From IMG/VR virus record IMGVR_UViG_3300050821_008386, positions 67,761 through 131,760 of that record: 64,000 bases of DNA, one strand, 5' to 3'. The translations under genes and the position numbers were made by a program. Below are positions 47,965 through 57,616 of this stretch, in pieces (position 1 is the first letter of the stretch; the number at the start of each line of letters is the position of its first letter). The notes beneath the pieces were generated by a model. That model was not told where the DNA came from, did not search any database, and saw only the letters and a program-made list of their open reading frames with translations. The DNA comes from a virus.

Positions 47965-48839
47965 CCCTGTACGAAACCCTCACGTCCCAACTGATAGGGC
48001 AGAACGAGGTACTGTTCGAGGTTGCGGACCTGTTGGAACGGGCACAGGAAGGAATGTGCTACCAGGGGCAACCGCGTGCGTCAATCTTGATGCTAGGCCC
48101 GACAGGCGTAGGGAAGACTGAATGTGCCTTGATCGCCTGCAAAGCGCTGTACGGGACTCCTGAGCAGTGGATGGCCCGGTTCGATATGTCCGAGTACATG
48201 ACTGCTGACTCTGTGCTTAACCTTCTGGGAACGACACAGTATCGAGGCACGTTCGAGCATAAGACGAAGGCTATGAAAACAGGGGGCGTTATCCTCTTCG
48301 ATGAAATCGAGAAAGCGCACTCCGAAATTCTCAATACGCTCCTGCAGATATTGTCTGCTGGCAGGATAACCACAGGACAGGGAGAAGTCTTGGATCTCAC
48401 GGATTTCATCATTCTCGCGACAACAAACATCGGGTCACGAATCCTGATGGAAAGCCGGGATGACCGATGGGAAGTGGTGAGAGACAGGACCATCCGCGCA
48501 GCGCTTCAAGAGATCAGCCCTGAGATCCTGAATCGATTCGATCTTCTGGCGGCATTCAACAAGCTCAAACCCGAATCAATGGCAGAGATCACGGATCTGC
48601 ATGTGGAAACCGTGATCGCCATCCAAAGAGAGTTGAAAAATCAGGTCACGGTCGATCGATCAGCGCGCGACCATATCCAGAAGGCCGGGTTCAGCGACAT
48701 ATTCGGAGCGCGTCCCGTCCGCCGGGAGGCGATGAAGATCATTTCGAGGGCAATCAGGGAGAAACGGTCGGCGCCGGGTGAATCGGTGTCGGGCACCATC
48801 ACCTATAACGCAAAAACCAATCGCATCAGCATTGCATGA
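47961..48839 (+). CDS. Stand-alone ClpA/ClpB D2-like AAA+ ATPase
   Basis: LIGQ, GPTGVGKTE, RFDMSEY, LFDEIEKAH, TTNIG, PEILNRFD, FGARP. Confidence 0.9.
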   Translation: MTLYETLTSQLIGQNEVLFEVADLLERAQEGMCYQGQPRASILMLGPTGVGKTECALIACKALYGTPEQWMARFDMSEYMTADSVLNLLGTTQYRGTFEHKTKAMKTGGVILFDEIEKAHSEILNTLLQILSAGRITTGQGEVLDLTDFIILATTNIGSRILMESRDDRWEVVRDRTIRAALQEISPEILNRFDLLAAFNKLKPESMAEITDLHVETVIAIQRELKNQVTVDRSARDHIQKAGFSDIFGARPVRREAMKIISRAIREKRSAPGESVSGTITYNAKTNRISIA

Positions 48840-48997
48840 CCGAGAAGGAGCATCTGGACGCGCAAATTACCGTCCGAGTGACCGACGAGACTTACAGCAA
48901 ACTTGAGGCTCAAGCCAAAAAAGAAGGCAAGACCAAAAGCGACCTGATCAGAGAGGCAGCAGAGGAGAAATTAGCTAAACATGATAAAGCCAAGTGA
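48836..48997 (+). CDS. Ribbon-helix-helix (CopG/Arc-like) regulator (53 aa, not in ORF track)
   Basis: Hand translation MTEKEHLDAQITVRVTDETYSKLEAQAKKEGKTKSDLIREAAEEKL; ATGA overlap. Confidence 0.82.
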   Translation: MTEKEHLDAQITVRVTDETYSKLEAQAKKEGKTKSDLIREAAEEKLAKHDKAK

Positions 48998-49325
48998 CAA
49001 GACAGAAACCCTGAGAAGTCGGGTAGCTTCGACTTCTCCCAGTGATCTCACGGACCAGAAATATCTGCTCCATCATACACAGTTAAAGCGATGGTTCTCG
49101 ATTTGTGCCGGGAGCGCAGTAGGCGAAATGGACCGTGGGATGTACGACGACTGGAGCGGGCCTTATGATGAGATTGCCGTGGTTACCCACAAGAGAGAAT
49201 ACAACTTGGCACCGCGAGTGCGGCAACGGCCACCGTCAGATTATCGCACTGCAGAAGATCTGCAGGCGCAGATTCAGCGGGTCCGAGAAACTCATTGCCG
49301 TCACAACGGCATAGGCATTCACTAA
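48981..49325 (+). CDS. Hypothetical protein
   Basis: ORF filling the gap before a hairpin; start uncertain. Confidence 0.35.
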   Translation: MIKPSDKTETLRSRVASTSPSDLTDQKYLLHHTQLKRWFSICAGSAVGEMDRGMYDDWSGPYDEIAVVTHKREYNLAPRVRQRPPSDYRTAEDLQAQIQRVRETHCRHNGIGIH

Positions 49326-49335
49326 AAACCCTTCA

Positions 49336-49363
49336 GCCGCCCCAATCCGAAAGTTGGGGCGGT
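49336..49363. terminator. GC-rich hairpin between convergent genes
   Basis: CCGCCCCAA-TCCGAAAG-TTGGGGCGG; no clear U-tract. Confidence 0.5.
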
Positions 49364-49377
49364 ATCTACTGGGACCT

Positions 49378-50127
49378 TTAGCCCGTGACAGCGGCGAGAT
49401 CTGATTGCAGCGACGCCATGTCTATTCCTGCCGGTGATTTCCCGGCTTTTAACCAGTCCGGGCTGAGAATGGCGTACGCTTCGTCGCAGTAGGCGTCCCA
49501 GAATTCCCACGACATCCGCATCAGTTGTCCCCACGTCACCACGGTCAGTCCGCCTTTGTCGTATTCAACGACGATGACGCAATGACCGCCCCACGAGCCC
49601 GGTTGACAGTCCGGGTTCCATGTCGGTCCAGCCACTACCCATGACGGTTGGTTCTGAGCCGAGATCGGTAAGGCAACACCGATTAAAACCGTCCCGAAGA
49701 CCAGTAGCGTCTCTTTGACGTGATCTTTGTTCCCGGTTTCCAGAGCGACATAAGCGTCAATCTTGTGGCCGCCGATACCCGTTTGCCGCCAATAGTTGAG
49801 GACATCAACCAGATTGCATCCGTTATCGTTGACGCCAGTGGCCGGGTTATATCCTGACACTGCGGAATAAGCGGCGATGATCTGGCTATCGGGTATTACG
49901 ACGGGGGTCCCGGTATTCTGGGTCCATCCAAGGATCGCGTGGCCGGGTCCGGCTATGGCGCAATCACCGATCGTATCGTTCTTCATCATTCCCCATTGTG
50001 TCCGGCTATCAGTCCAATCTTTGTTGGCCGGGATAGGCGGTAACAGGCTGGGCGAACGGTAGTCCGCGAGGCGTAAAGTGCGCGGGTTGTAAACAAATGG
50101 TTTTTTACCGAGTTTATAGAGAGGCAT
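49378..50127 (-). CDS. Papain-like (C1-type) cysteine peptidase-like protein
   Basis: NDTIGDCAIAG (Cys), WGGHCV (His), VVTWG. Confidence 0.7.
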   Translation of the reverse strand: MPLYKLGKKPFVYNPRTLRLADYRSPSLLPPIPANKDWTDSRTQWGMMKNDTIGDCAIAGPGHAILGWTQNTGTPVVIPDSQIIAAYSAVSGYNPATGVNDNGCNLVDVLNYWRQTGIGGHKIDAYVALETGNKDHVKETLLVFGTVLIGVALPISAQNQPSWVVAGPTWNPDCQPGSWGGHCVIVVEYDKGGLTVVTWGQLMRMSWEFWDAYCDEAYAILSPDWLKAGKSPAGIDMASLQSDLAAVTG

Positions 50128-50148
50128 GAGTAACGGTATTGTGAAAAC

Positions 50149-52002
50149 GTGATCAGGGATATCGGAGAGTTAAGAGACGCGTGCGGGCATTGCACGCAGG
50201 AAGAGATTGTCGAGGCTTGTCAGCAATGTGATCCGCGATGGTTAGAGAAACGCGGATGCCCCGACATCAGCGCGTACGAGGGCGACGGGCAAGCCAAAGA
50301 TTTCATCATGAAAAACCTGATGACTCTTTTGAACGTCAGGCGTTACCGGGCCGCTGCGCGTCTATTATGGGGTATCGAGCTCTTTGATCCGCGCCCGCGC
50401 GGAGTGGAGCGGATGATTAACGCGATCGAGTCGAACGCTAAAGTGATCGTCCTGGGCGCGGCCAGTTCAGGCAAAAGTTATTCGGTGGTCTGCTGGTTGA
50501 TTCTCGATTGGTTGCGCGACCCTGAATATACCGGTGCCAGAATCATTTCAGTGACGGGGAAACACGCTAAATCGAACACCTTTTCCTCGATCCAACGATT
50601 CTACGAGTCAGCGATCATCAAGCTGCCAGGTGAAAGCCAGGACGGGTTTATCGGGCTGAACCCGAAAGATCGGCACGCTTCAATCTCTGTGGTAGCGATT
50701 AAACAAGGCGAATCAGGGACCAACAGTTTGCAGGGGTTTCACCCGATCCGCCGGCGGGAAGCGCATCCGCAATTGGGCGCACTGTCGCGCATCCGCCTGT
50801 TCTTGGATGAAGCGGAAATGATTCCACCGGGCGTCTGGCGCGGTGTAGGCAACCTGCTTTCGAACCTGCATGGCGACGATACAGTCAAAGTGATCGCCGC
50901 AGCGAATCCGTGGGATGTCACTTCGATTCTGGCCGCTACCGCCGAGCCGAAACAAGGTTACGGGAAAGTGGATCCAGACGTGGACAAAGAATGGACCAGT
51001 CGCACCAACTGGAAAGTGGTCCGGGTCGACGCTGCCGATAGCGAGAACGTTAAAGCGCGCAAGATCGTTTACGAAGGTCTGATGACCTACGAAGGGTTTC
51101 AGGAATACCAGTCCAAGACCAATGGAGACGACCCGAATTATTGGTGTTACGCACGCGGCATGTACCCGTTAAAGGGTGCTATCGAGAACTTGATTCCGAT
51201 GAGTTATCTCGACGACTTCTTTGGCGAGTATCTGTTCCAATCGGGAACCGTAGTAGGATGCGCCGGAGTCGATTTAGCGTTCGAGGGCGATGACGAAGCG
51301 GTGTATTTCACGGGCAGGTACGGGAAAGCGCACGCATGGCGACCGGCCGGGACTGCGCTGATGATCCCGCTCGCCAATCCCAGATACGTCCTCCAACTGG
51401 ATCAGTACCGTTCACTCCCGAAACTCAGGACCGAAGGCCAGTTTAACCAGATCCGACAGATATCGGACGCGTTCGGCGTTTCGTACGACTGGTTAGCACT
51501 GGATAAAACAGGCGTTGGCAAAGGTGTGGCGGACCTCTTTTATGAGCGGGGATACCGGAATACGCTGGCGATAGCGTGGGGATCGGCGGCAACACAAGAA
51601 AAGATTCTCGATGAAGATCGGCACGTTGCTCATGATGTCTGTGACGGGATTGCTTACGAGATGTATTGGACGTTTCGAAACTGGCTGGAGTTCGGGTTCG
51701 TCAAAGCCTCTCCAAACATCGACATGAACAAACTCCAGAAAGAGTTGTGCGGTCGCAAACGCAAATCTGCCGGGTTAGGGCCAACCGGTGAACCGCGGTA
51801 CAGGCTGGAGAAAAAAGAAGATTTCAAAGCGAGATACGGATTCAGCCCTGATCGGGCCGATGCCATGGTGATGTGTCTGCACGTAGCAAGGATGCGGGGA
51901 CCGGAACGCGCACAGATGGCGAAGAAGAAGCGACTGGTTGTCAACGCGCCGCAGTACGAGGAGCCAACCAACATTTCCCATATAGATTTCTCTACCGATT
52001 AA
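50149..52002 (+). CDS. terL: Terminase large subunit
   Basis: Walker A GAASSGKS, Walker B LFLDEAE, AANP, nuclease GVDLAFEGDD, DKTGVG, SPDRADA. Confidence 0.9.
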   Translation: MIRDIGELRDACGHCTQEEIVEACQQCDPRWLEKRGCPDISAYEGDGQAKDFIMKNLMTLLNVRRYRAAARLLWGIELFDPRPRGVERMINAIESNAKVIVLGAASSGKSYSVVCWLILDWLRDPEYTGARIISVTGKHAKSNTFSSIQRFYESAIIKLPGESQDGFIGLNPKDRHASISVVAIKQGESGTNSLQGFHPIRRREAHPQLGALSRIRLFLDEAEMIPPGVWRGVGNLLSNLHGDDTVKVIAAANPWDVTSILAATAEPKQGYGKVDPDVDKEWTSRTNWKVVRVDAADSENVKARKIVYEGLMTYEGFQEYQSKTNGDDPNYWCYARGMYPLKGAIENLIPMSYLDDFFGEYLFQSGTVVGCAGVDLAFEGDDEAVYFTGRYGKAHAWRPAGTALMIPLANPRYVLQLDQYRSLPKLRTEGQFNQIRQISDAFGVSYDWLALDKTGVGKGVADLFYERGYRNTLAIAWGSAATQEKILDEDRHVAHDVCDGIAYEMYWTFRNWLEFGFVKASPNIDMNKLQKELCGRKRKSAGLGPTGEPRYRLEKKEDFKARYGFSPDRADAMVMCLHVARMRGPERAQMAKKKRLVVNAPQYEEPTNISHIDFSTD

Positions 52003-52020
52003 AGCGATAGTTTTATTTAT

Positions 52021-52317
52021 ATGAGTGCAACTGTCCCCAGTAGCGGTCTTCTGCCATTCGTTCAGAGTATTTTGAACACCACGGTCGCGCTGACCACAGC
52101 AAACCTCGCCAGTCCCAATACCACGCCCAGCGCAAATAAAGCGACCGTCCCCAATAACAACGGCGCGACCTCGTTGTCCATCACGGCAACCGGGTACGGC
52201 GCGCAGCAGGGCAATTGCGGCAATCCCTCTGCGGACTGGTCAGCGGTGATTCCGCAGCAGATGTGCAACGTCTACAACACGATTCTCACTCAGGCCAATC
52301 TCACGTATCGGATATGA
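52021..52317 (+). CDS. Small Thr/Asn-rich protein
   Basis: ATG ORF directly after the terminase. Confidence 0.55.
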   Translation: MSATVPSSGLLPFVQSILNTTVALTTANLASPNTTPSANKATVPNNNGATSLSITATGYGAQQGNCGNPSADWSAVIPQQMCNVYNTILTQANLTYRI

Positions 52318-52589
52318 CGCCGCCAGCCTCTAAACGGTTCAAGGAATTCAACTCGTTCTGGTCGTACGAAAGCGATCCAGGAAGAGTCCAGACCCTCTTA
52401 AAAAGCGTGTCCGTAAAAGAACCGCTTCGCTACAATCAGTTGATGGTGGCTTACGATCAGGTGCAGGCGATTTACGCCATCTACGCGTCTGGCGGCCATG
52501 TTCGTGACGGTAAACCGTCCCATGATGCGGGTACGCCGTTTGATCTGGTGTTTGATCGCGGCAACCTCCCATCCCAATTCTACCCATGA
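52314..52589 (+). CDS. Hypothetical protein (start MTPPASK)
   Basis: ATGA overlaps on both sides. Confidence 0.55.
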   Translation: MTPPASKRFKEFNSFWSYESDPGRVQTLLKSVSVKEPLRYNQLMVAYDQVQAIYAIYASGGHVRDGKPSHDAGTPFDLVFDRGNLPSQFYP

Positions 52590-52759
52590 TCACCAAAGCT
52601 AAACCCGTCAGAAACAAGACAGGCGCGATACGAAAAGGGTTCGTCAAAACCGTGCACGCGACTCCGTGCGGGTTGCCAAAGTACGGGCCCGGTCTGTCTG
52701 GAGGCGATAAAGGGACGATGAAGAACCCGAGGTCTGAGGAAAAGTGGAAAGGGTAACGA

Positions 52760-53608
52760 GTGTCGAGCACGTTTCCCGGTTCGGCGGACATCTTCAAGAC
52801 CATCCCCACTCCGACAACCACTCCGACTAACCAGTCAGACGCGAGTGACGATACTCTTTCCACCCGGTTACAGCAGCATTCGGACGCCATCTCAGCGGTT
52901 GAAGCGTGGTTACTGGCTAACATCACCTCGCTGACGGAACCGTCTGGGGTCATTAAAGCGTTCGCTGGGACCAGCGCTACCGTGCCTTCGGGATACCTCC
53001 TTTGCGACGGGACCGCTTACAGTCGCACCACCTACAGCACCCTCTATGCTGCGATCGGAGTAACGTTTGGAGCAGGTGACGGGAGCACCACGTTCAATGT
53101 GCCAGACGGTCAGGGGCGCGCGCTGATCGGCGCCGGAGCCGGATCAGGATTAACCAATAGGGTTCTGGCGAGCAAGATTGGTGAAGAAACTCATCAACTC
53201 AGCACTGCTGAGTTAGCATCCCACAATCACACTCAGAACGCCCATACCCACGCTGACGCAGGACACGCGCACTCAGACACTGGGCATACTCACAGTGATA
53301 ACGGTCACGCCCATGGCATCAGCGATCCGGGGCATGTTCACGGATATGTTAATGCGATCCTTTCTTCTCCCGGCAGCAGTGTTGCTGGGGGCACCACTTA
53401 TCAAGCCGGGAACGCCGCGACCAATCCCAGCGGCACCGGTATCGGTATCAACACCGGATTCGCCGCGATCGCTACCGGATTCGCATCCATCGCTACCGGA
53501 TTCGCGTCCATCGGTGCAGTGACGCCAACCAACAACGCCGCCGGAAGCGGTACGGCTCACAACAATATCCAGCCCAGCCTGGTTTGTAACTGGATCATCA
53601 AGACGTAG
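52760..53608 (+). CDS. Phage tail-collar domain fibre protein
   Basis: SGVIKAFAG..YLLCDG..SRTTYSTLYAAIG..GDGSTTFNVPD; repeated HxH; HNNIQP..WIIKT. Confidence 0.9.
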   Translation: MSSTFPGSADIFKTIPTPTTTPTNQSDASDDTLSTRLQQHSDAISAVEAWLLANITSLTEPSGVIKAFAGTSATVPSGYLLCDGTAYSRTTYSTLYAAIGVTFGAGDGSTTFNVPDGQGRALIGAGAGSGLTNRVLASKIGEETHQLSTAELASHNHTQNAHTHADAGHAHSDTGHTHSDNGHAHGISDPGHVHGYVNAILSSPGSSVAGGTTYQAGNAATNPSGTGIGINTGFAAIATGFASIATGFASIGAVTPTNNAAGSGTAHNNIQPSLVCNWIIKT

Positions 53609-53696
53609 GTCCGCATAAATGGATAGTGGCTATAACGGAATGTTCGGAAACGTTCCTTGGAACAAGTCATAAAATCCGCTTACCGTTACTGTTATC

Positions 53697-53885
53697 ATGA
53701 AAAGAGTCCCGAAGCTCAAAACCCATTCAGACGCCAAGGCGCACAACGGATCCGCAGAAGCATTTGACGACGCCAAGATCAAGGGTGCCAAGACCATCCC
53801 GACACCGGAAAAGGGTGGCCGGGACGGATTCACTAAACGCGTCTACACGACTGCGTGCGGCAAAGGAAATTTGCCCAGAGGGTGA
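53697..53885 (+). CDS. Small basic protein
   Basis: ATG ORF whose stop overlaps the next gene. Confidence 0.45.
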   Translation: MKRVPKLKTHSDAKAHNGSAEAFDDAKIKGAKTIPTPEKGGRDGFTKRVYTTACGKGNLPRG

Positions 53886-54505
53886 TCAATAATTCGATCA
53901 AGCTAATGGTGGTCCCACCCGGCGGTTGGCATTTTTTCCAACCGATTGAGGGCGGTACAACCATGAAGATTGAGGCGCAAAGTTATCCTCAACTGGAAGA
54001 TCGCGTCTTCGATTTCCGTATCCACAACACCGACGTTATCCCGAGCGGCAGTTCGGATCGGGCGCGAGTTCGGGAAGATTTGAGGATGCAAATCTGCGCC
54101 CGGTTCCCAGAACAGTGCGTCGGCAGTTGGACCATTCCTGAACGTCATCATCCGGCTCGCGATCACGGAATGGGGTACGTGGCACCAATACAGCGCATCG
54201 AGGATTGGTTCAAGGTTATCTCGACCAAAGAGATCCAGTGGAAAGATGCTTCGCGCGCATGGGCCGCGGCGGACGCTTGCGCGACCTGTCCACAGAACAT
54301 CAAGTGGCAAACCGATTGCCGCCCGTGCTCAAGTGCAATCGATAAACGGATCATGCGGTATAAAGGGGACCGCTCGACACCCTTGGATCATCAACTGAAC
54401 GCATGCCGGTTATTCGGCCATCACAACTCTCTGGCGGTCTGGATGGAAGAGACGCATACCACGACCACTTCTGAAATCCCGGAGTTTTGCTGGCACAACA
54501 AATGA
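53855..54505 (+). CDS. Cys-rich phage protein (start probably 53882 or later)
   Basis: VPPGGWHF; CATCPQN..CRPC..C..PEFCW. Confidence 0.6.
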   Translation: MRQRKFAQRVINNSIKLMVVPPGGWHFFQPIEGGTTMKIEAQSYPQLEDRVFDFRIHNTDVIPSGSSDRARVREDLRMQICARFPEQCVGSWTIPERHHPARDHGMGYVAPIQRIEDWFKVISTKEIQWKDASRAWAAADACATCPQNIKWQTDCRPCSSAIDKRIMRYKGDRSTPLDHQLNACRLFGHHNSLAVWMEETHTTTTSEIPEFCWHNK

Positions 54506-54535
54506 CCGACTTCACAAAGGTTCCAATGAATAGAT

Positions 54536-54835
54536 ATGAACATTGCCGCCGAAATGCCGCACCTGGAGGGAGTCAGCTCAACTGCCGCGCTGATCACCGG
54601 ATTAGCTCTTATCGTTGTTCAGCTAATCACGAGCATTTTTAACCTGATCCAATCCAAGAAAAACTTCCATCACATGAACGGACGGATGGAACAGTTGCTC
54701 GAGTCGGTGAGGCACGGAGCGTATGAGCGAGGCAAGATGGACGGTATTCAGGAAGAAAAAGCCAAGCACGTCATGAGGCTGGAACGGCGCCAGCAGGAAC
54801 GGGACAGGGAAGCAGAAGGAGACAGGGAGAAATGA
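54536..54835 (+). CDS. Single-TM protein
   Basis: TM helix followed by HHMNGRMEQLL coiled segment. Confidence 0.55.
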   Translation: MNIAAEMPHLEGVSSTAALITGLALIVVQLITSIFNLIQSKKNFHHMNGRMEQLLESVRHGAYERGKMDGIQEEKAKHVMRLERRQQERDREAEGDREK

Positions 54836-55150
54836 TATTTCCAGAGTTGACCAAAGAAACAAAATTCACGCTCACATGCTGGTTTACCGCGCTGGTTTAT
54901 CTCGGACTGTGCGGAGTTGCAGTGCTGATTCCATTTTCAAAGGATAAAGGATGACAAACAAAGAACAGATCGAAGCGCTCCGGCGCGAAGTCGCAGAACT
55001 GAAAGGGATGGTTCAGACGCTCCTGATGCGACAACCGTGCCTGCCAAACGTCTATCCGTGCCTTCCCAGTCATCCACCATACAGTCCGTTCCCTCTGTAT
55101 CCAAACACGAGTGATCCGTGGTGCGGCACTACTTCGCGAACGGCCTGCTA

Positions 55151-57610
55151 ATGCCACGCAGTTCACAAAGTACGTACAGTCCGGGGAACGATCGGGTGAC
55201 CGAGATCGGAGCGTTCAATCAACCGGACATCAGCGATTCAGGGAAGATCAAGAACCGACCGGTATCGAGTGCGTTACAGGCGTTCAATATCTATCAGCGG
55301 TTCGAGAGGCATAACCTTCACCGGGCCGTGCGCAACGCTCAAGTGGCGAGAGCGTACAACGGTGAGCATCCATTCGATCAGAGCAAACTCAACGCTGCCG
55401 GCCAAGGTTGGCGTTCAAACTGGTCAACCTTACCATTCGTCAATACGGTCGACCGGGTTAAGCCCCGGTTCACTAAAGCGGTAGCAGACCAGAAATACCT
55501 GACAAACAGCGTTCTCCCAGACAGCTTTCCCGACGCCAGCGATAAGACCGACACTTTTCAGGAAACAATCACCCGAACTATCCGGCAATGGAGCGGGTGG
55601 ATGGATTTCGTGGACCGGCTCGCTACCGAGAACATCATCTATGGATACTCAGCTTCCGTACATTTATCTCAGTACGATTGGCGACCGCGTACCTTCCGGC
55701 AGGAAGACGTCCTCTTTGACGATAATTCCCCTACTCATGCGTCCAACCTCGAGTGTTTCGTCGTCAAGGTCGATTACTTTATCCACGAGCTCCTCGACCT
55801 CATCGAAGAAGAAGATTATGCGCGGGATCTCGGGTACAACGTAGAGAACATCATCGAAGCAATCCGGTACGCGATGCCGCCACGGGATTCGCTGGTTTAT
55901 AATCCGCGCCAGTTGGCGGACATGATACGTGATGGAACGATGTTTTATTCCCGGCAAAAAGAAAGCCGGATGATCCAGACCGCGCATTTGTTCGTTAAAA
56001 ATTACTCAGGCCAAATCGATCATTGGTGGATCAATCGGTCGACGCTCGCCAAAGCGAAAACCGATAACGCGACAAACGAACAGGACACCAGAGGCGATGC
56101 CGAACCGGAAGCGGGCGAAGACGGGATCGAACTGATGTTCTGTGAGGCGTATGCCACCTCGATGGAGGACGTTATTACGCTGTTCACGTTCGAGCCCGGT
56201 AACGGATTCGTTCACGGGTCCAAAGGGATGGGGCGGAAACTCTATAACGTCTCACTGGCGATCGATAAACTGCGCAACACGATGCTGGACAACATCTATT
56301 TGTCCGCACTCCTGATGGGGACACGCGATTCGGCCAAGATCGCCGCGATGCAACCGGTGGTTCGCAGTCCGTTCATGGAATTGCCGGATGGATTTGTGTT
56401 AGCGGACCAACCGCAAATGCAAATCAACATGCAAGCGTTCGAATACGCTAATAACCAGCTTCAGGCGTTATTGGACCAAGTGGCGGGCACCTTCATGCCT
56501 GACCAGTATCAGGCGTCGAGCGGCGCCCATATCACGGATACGACCGCGACCGAAGCGTCATTGGACGCAGCGCGGGAAGATGAAATCAAGCAGGCGGGAT
56601 TAAATCGGTTCTGGGGACAGGTACAACAATGCGTCCAGGCGTCGCAGCGCCGGATGTGTTCCAAAGAGAATATTCAGGCAGCATTAGAATTCAAGGAAGC
56701 GAAAGACAAAGCTAGGGACGAAGGCAAAACGCTGGTTTCCCAAGAGGTCATCGAAGTGATCGCATCGTTCAACGTGAACGCGACCGACGGTTTCGAGCAG
56801 GAACCAGATCTGATGAACGCCGACATCGAAGCAGTCAAGGCGTTGGTCGGATTGATGGAGAACGGATTGTCGCCTGAAGAGATCTTTGTCATTGCGAGAC
56901 AACCATCAACCGACTACTCAGCGGGAGTAGGTGCGGCGGAAGATCAACGGATCATCCAGTTCACGCAAGCTATTCAGGCCGATCCGCAATTTGCCGCCTA
57001 TTTCGACCAGGGGAAGTTAGCTAAGATGGCAGCGTACGCCGCTATCGGTACGGCGAAAACGGACGAACTGTTTAATCCGATGCCGCAACAGACGACAAAC
57101 GTTGCCGCTGATCGACAACAGAAAATGGAGTTCGGCAACATGATCGGAGGCGAACCGATGCCGGTCGATCCGCGTGATCCGCATGAAATCCATCTTCAGA
57201 CACTGGCTGGGAAGATGGCTGGATGGTTCCAGACCATGGCTCAGATGCCGCCAGCGGCCGTTCCGCATGAGCAATTAGTCGCGGCCAAACTGATGATCGA
57301 ACACGAAGGCGATCATCTCGACCAGATGCTCAAACAAGGAGCTACACAAGCCAGTTTGAAGAACGAGTTCGCGGCGTTCCGTGAACACGAGAAAGCACTG
57401 GCTGAAATAGGCGATCGGGTCCAGAAAGCGCAGGCGCAACAGCAAGCTATGCAACAGGCCGCTCAACAGTTGCAAGCGCGCCAACGCGGCGTTCCCGGTC
57501 CCGGCGGCCCAGTCCCGGCAATGAGTGTGCCGCCGGGGATATTTCCTCCGGGTCAACAAGGGCAAGTCCCTCAACAGATTCAAGGTCCGGGCGCGGGTCC
57601 GTCCCAATAA
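55151..57610 (+). CDS. Probable portal protein (start MPRSSQ)
   Basis: ~820 aa downstream of the terminase; TTATEA motif, DPHEIH, Gln/Pro-rich tail typical of podovirus-like portals. Confidence 0.7.
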   Translation: MPRSSQSTYSPGNDRVTEIGAFNQPDISDSGKIKNRPVSSALQAFNIYQRFERHNLHRAVRNAQVARAYNGEHPFDQSKLNAAGQGWRSNWSTLPFVNTVDRVKPRFTKAVADQKYLTNSVLPDSFPDASDKTDTFQETITRTIRQWSGWMDFVDRLATENIIYGYSASVHLSQYDWRPRTFRQEDVLFDDNSPTHASNLECFVVKVDYFIHELLDLIEEEDYARDLGYNVENIIEAIRYAMPPRDSLVYNPRQLADMIRDGTMFYSRQKESRMIQTAHLFVKNYSGQIDHWWINRSTLAKAKTDNATNEQDTRGDAEPEAGEDGIELMFCEAYATSMEDVITLFTFEPGNGFVHGSKGMGRKLYNVSLAIDKLRNTMLDNIYLSALLMGTRDSAKIAAMQPVVRSPFMELPDGFVLADQPQMQINMQAFEYANNQLQALLDQVAGTFMPDQYQASSGAHITDTTATEASLDAAREDEIKQAGLNRFWGQVQQCVQASQRRMCSKENIQAALEFKEAKDKARDEGKTLVSQEVIEVIASFNVNATDGFEQEPDLMNADIEAVKALVGLMENGLSPEEIFVIARQPSTDYSAGVGAAEDQRIIQFTQAIQADPQFAAYFDQGKLAKMAAYAAIGTAKTDELFNPMPQQTTNVAADRQQKMEFGNMIGGEPMPVDPRDPHEIHLQTLAGKMAGWFQTMAQMPPAAVPHEQLVAAKLMIEHEGDHLDQMLKQGATQASLKNEFAAFREHEKALAEIGDRVQKAQAQQQAMQQAAQQLQARQRGVPGPGGPVPAMSVPPGIFPPGQQGQVPQQIQGPGAGPSQ

Positions 57611-57616
57611 AGTTCT

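Noticed and set aside
47961-48839. Truncated clpB pseudogene
   Set aside because: Intact single AAA+ module with overlapping start/stop coupling on both sides; no remnant of the N-terminal domains.
53453-53513. 21-bp x3 repeat (TGFAxIA)
   Set aside because: Ordinary coding repeat in the tail-collar fibre shaft.
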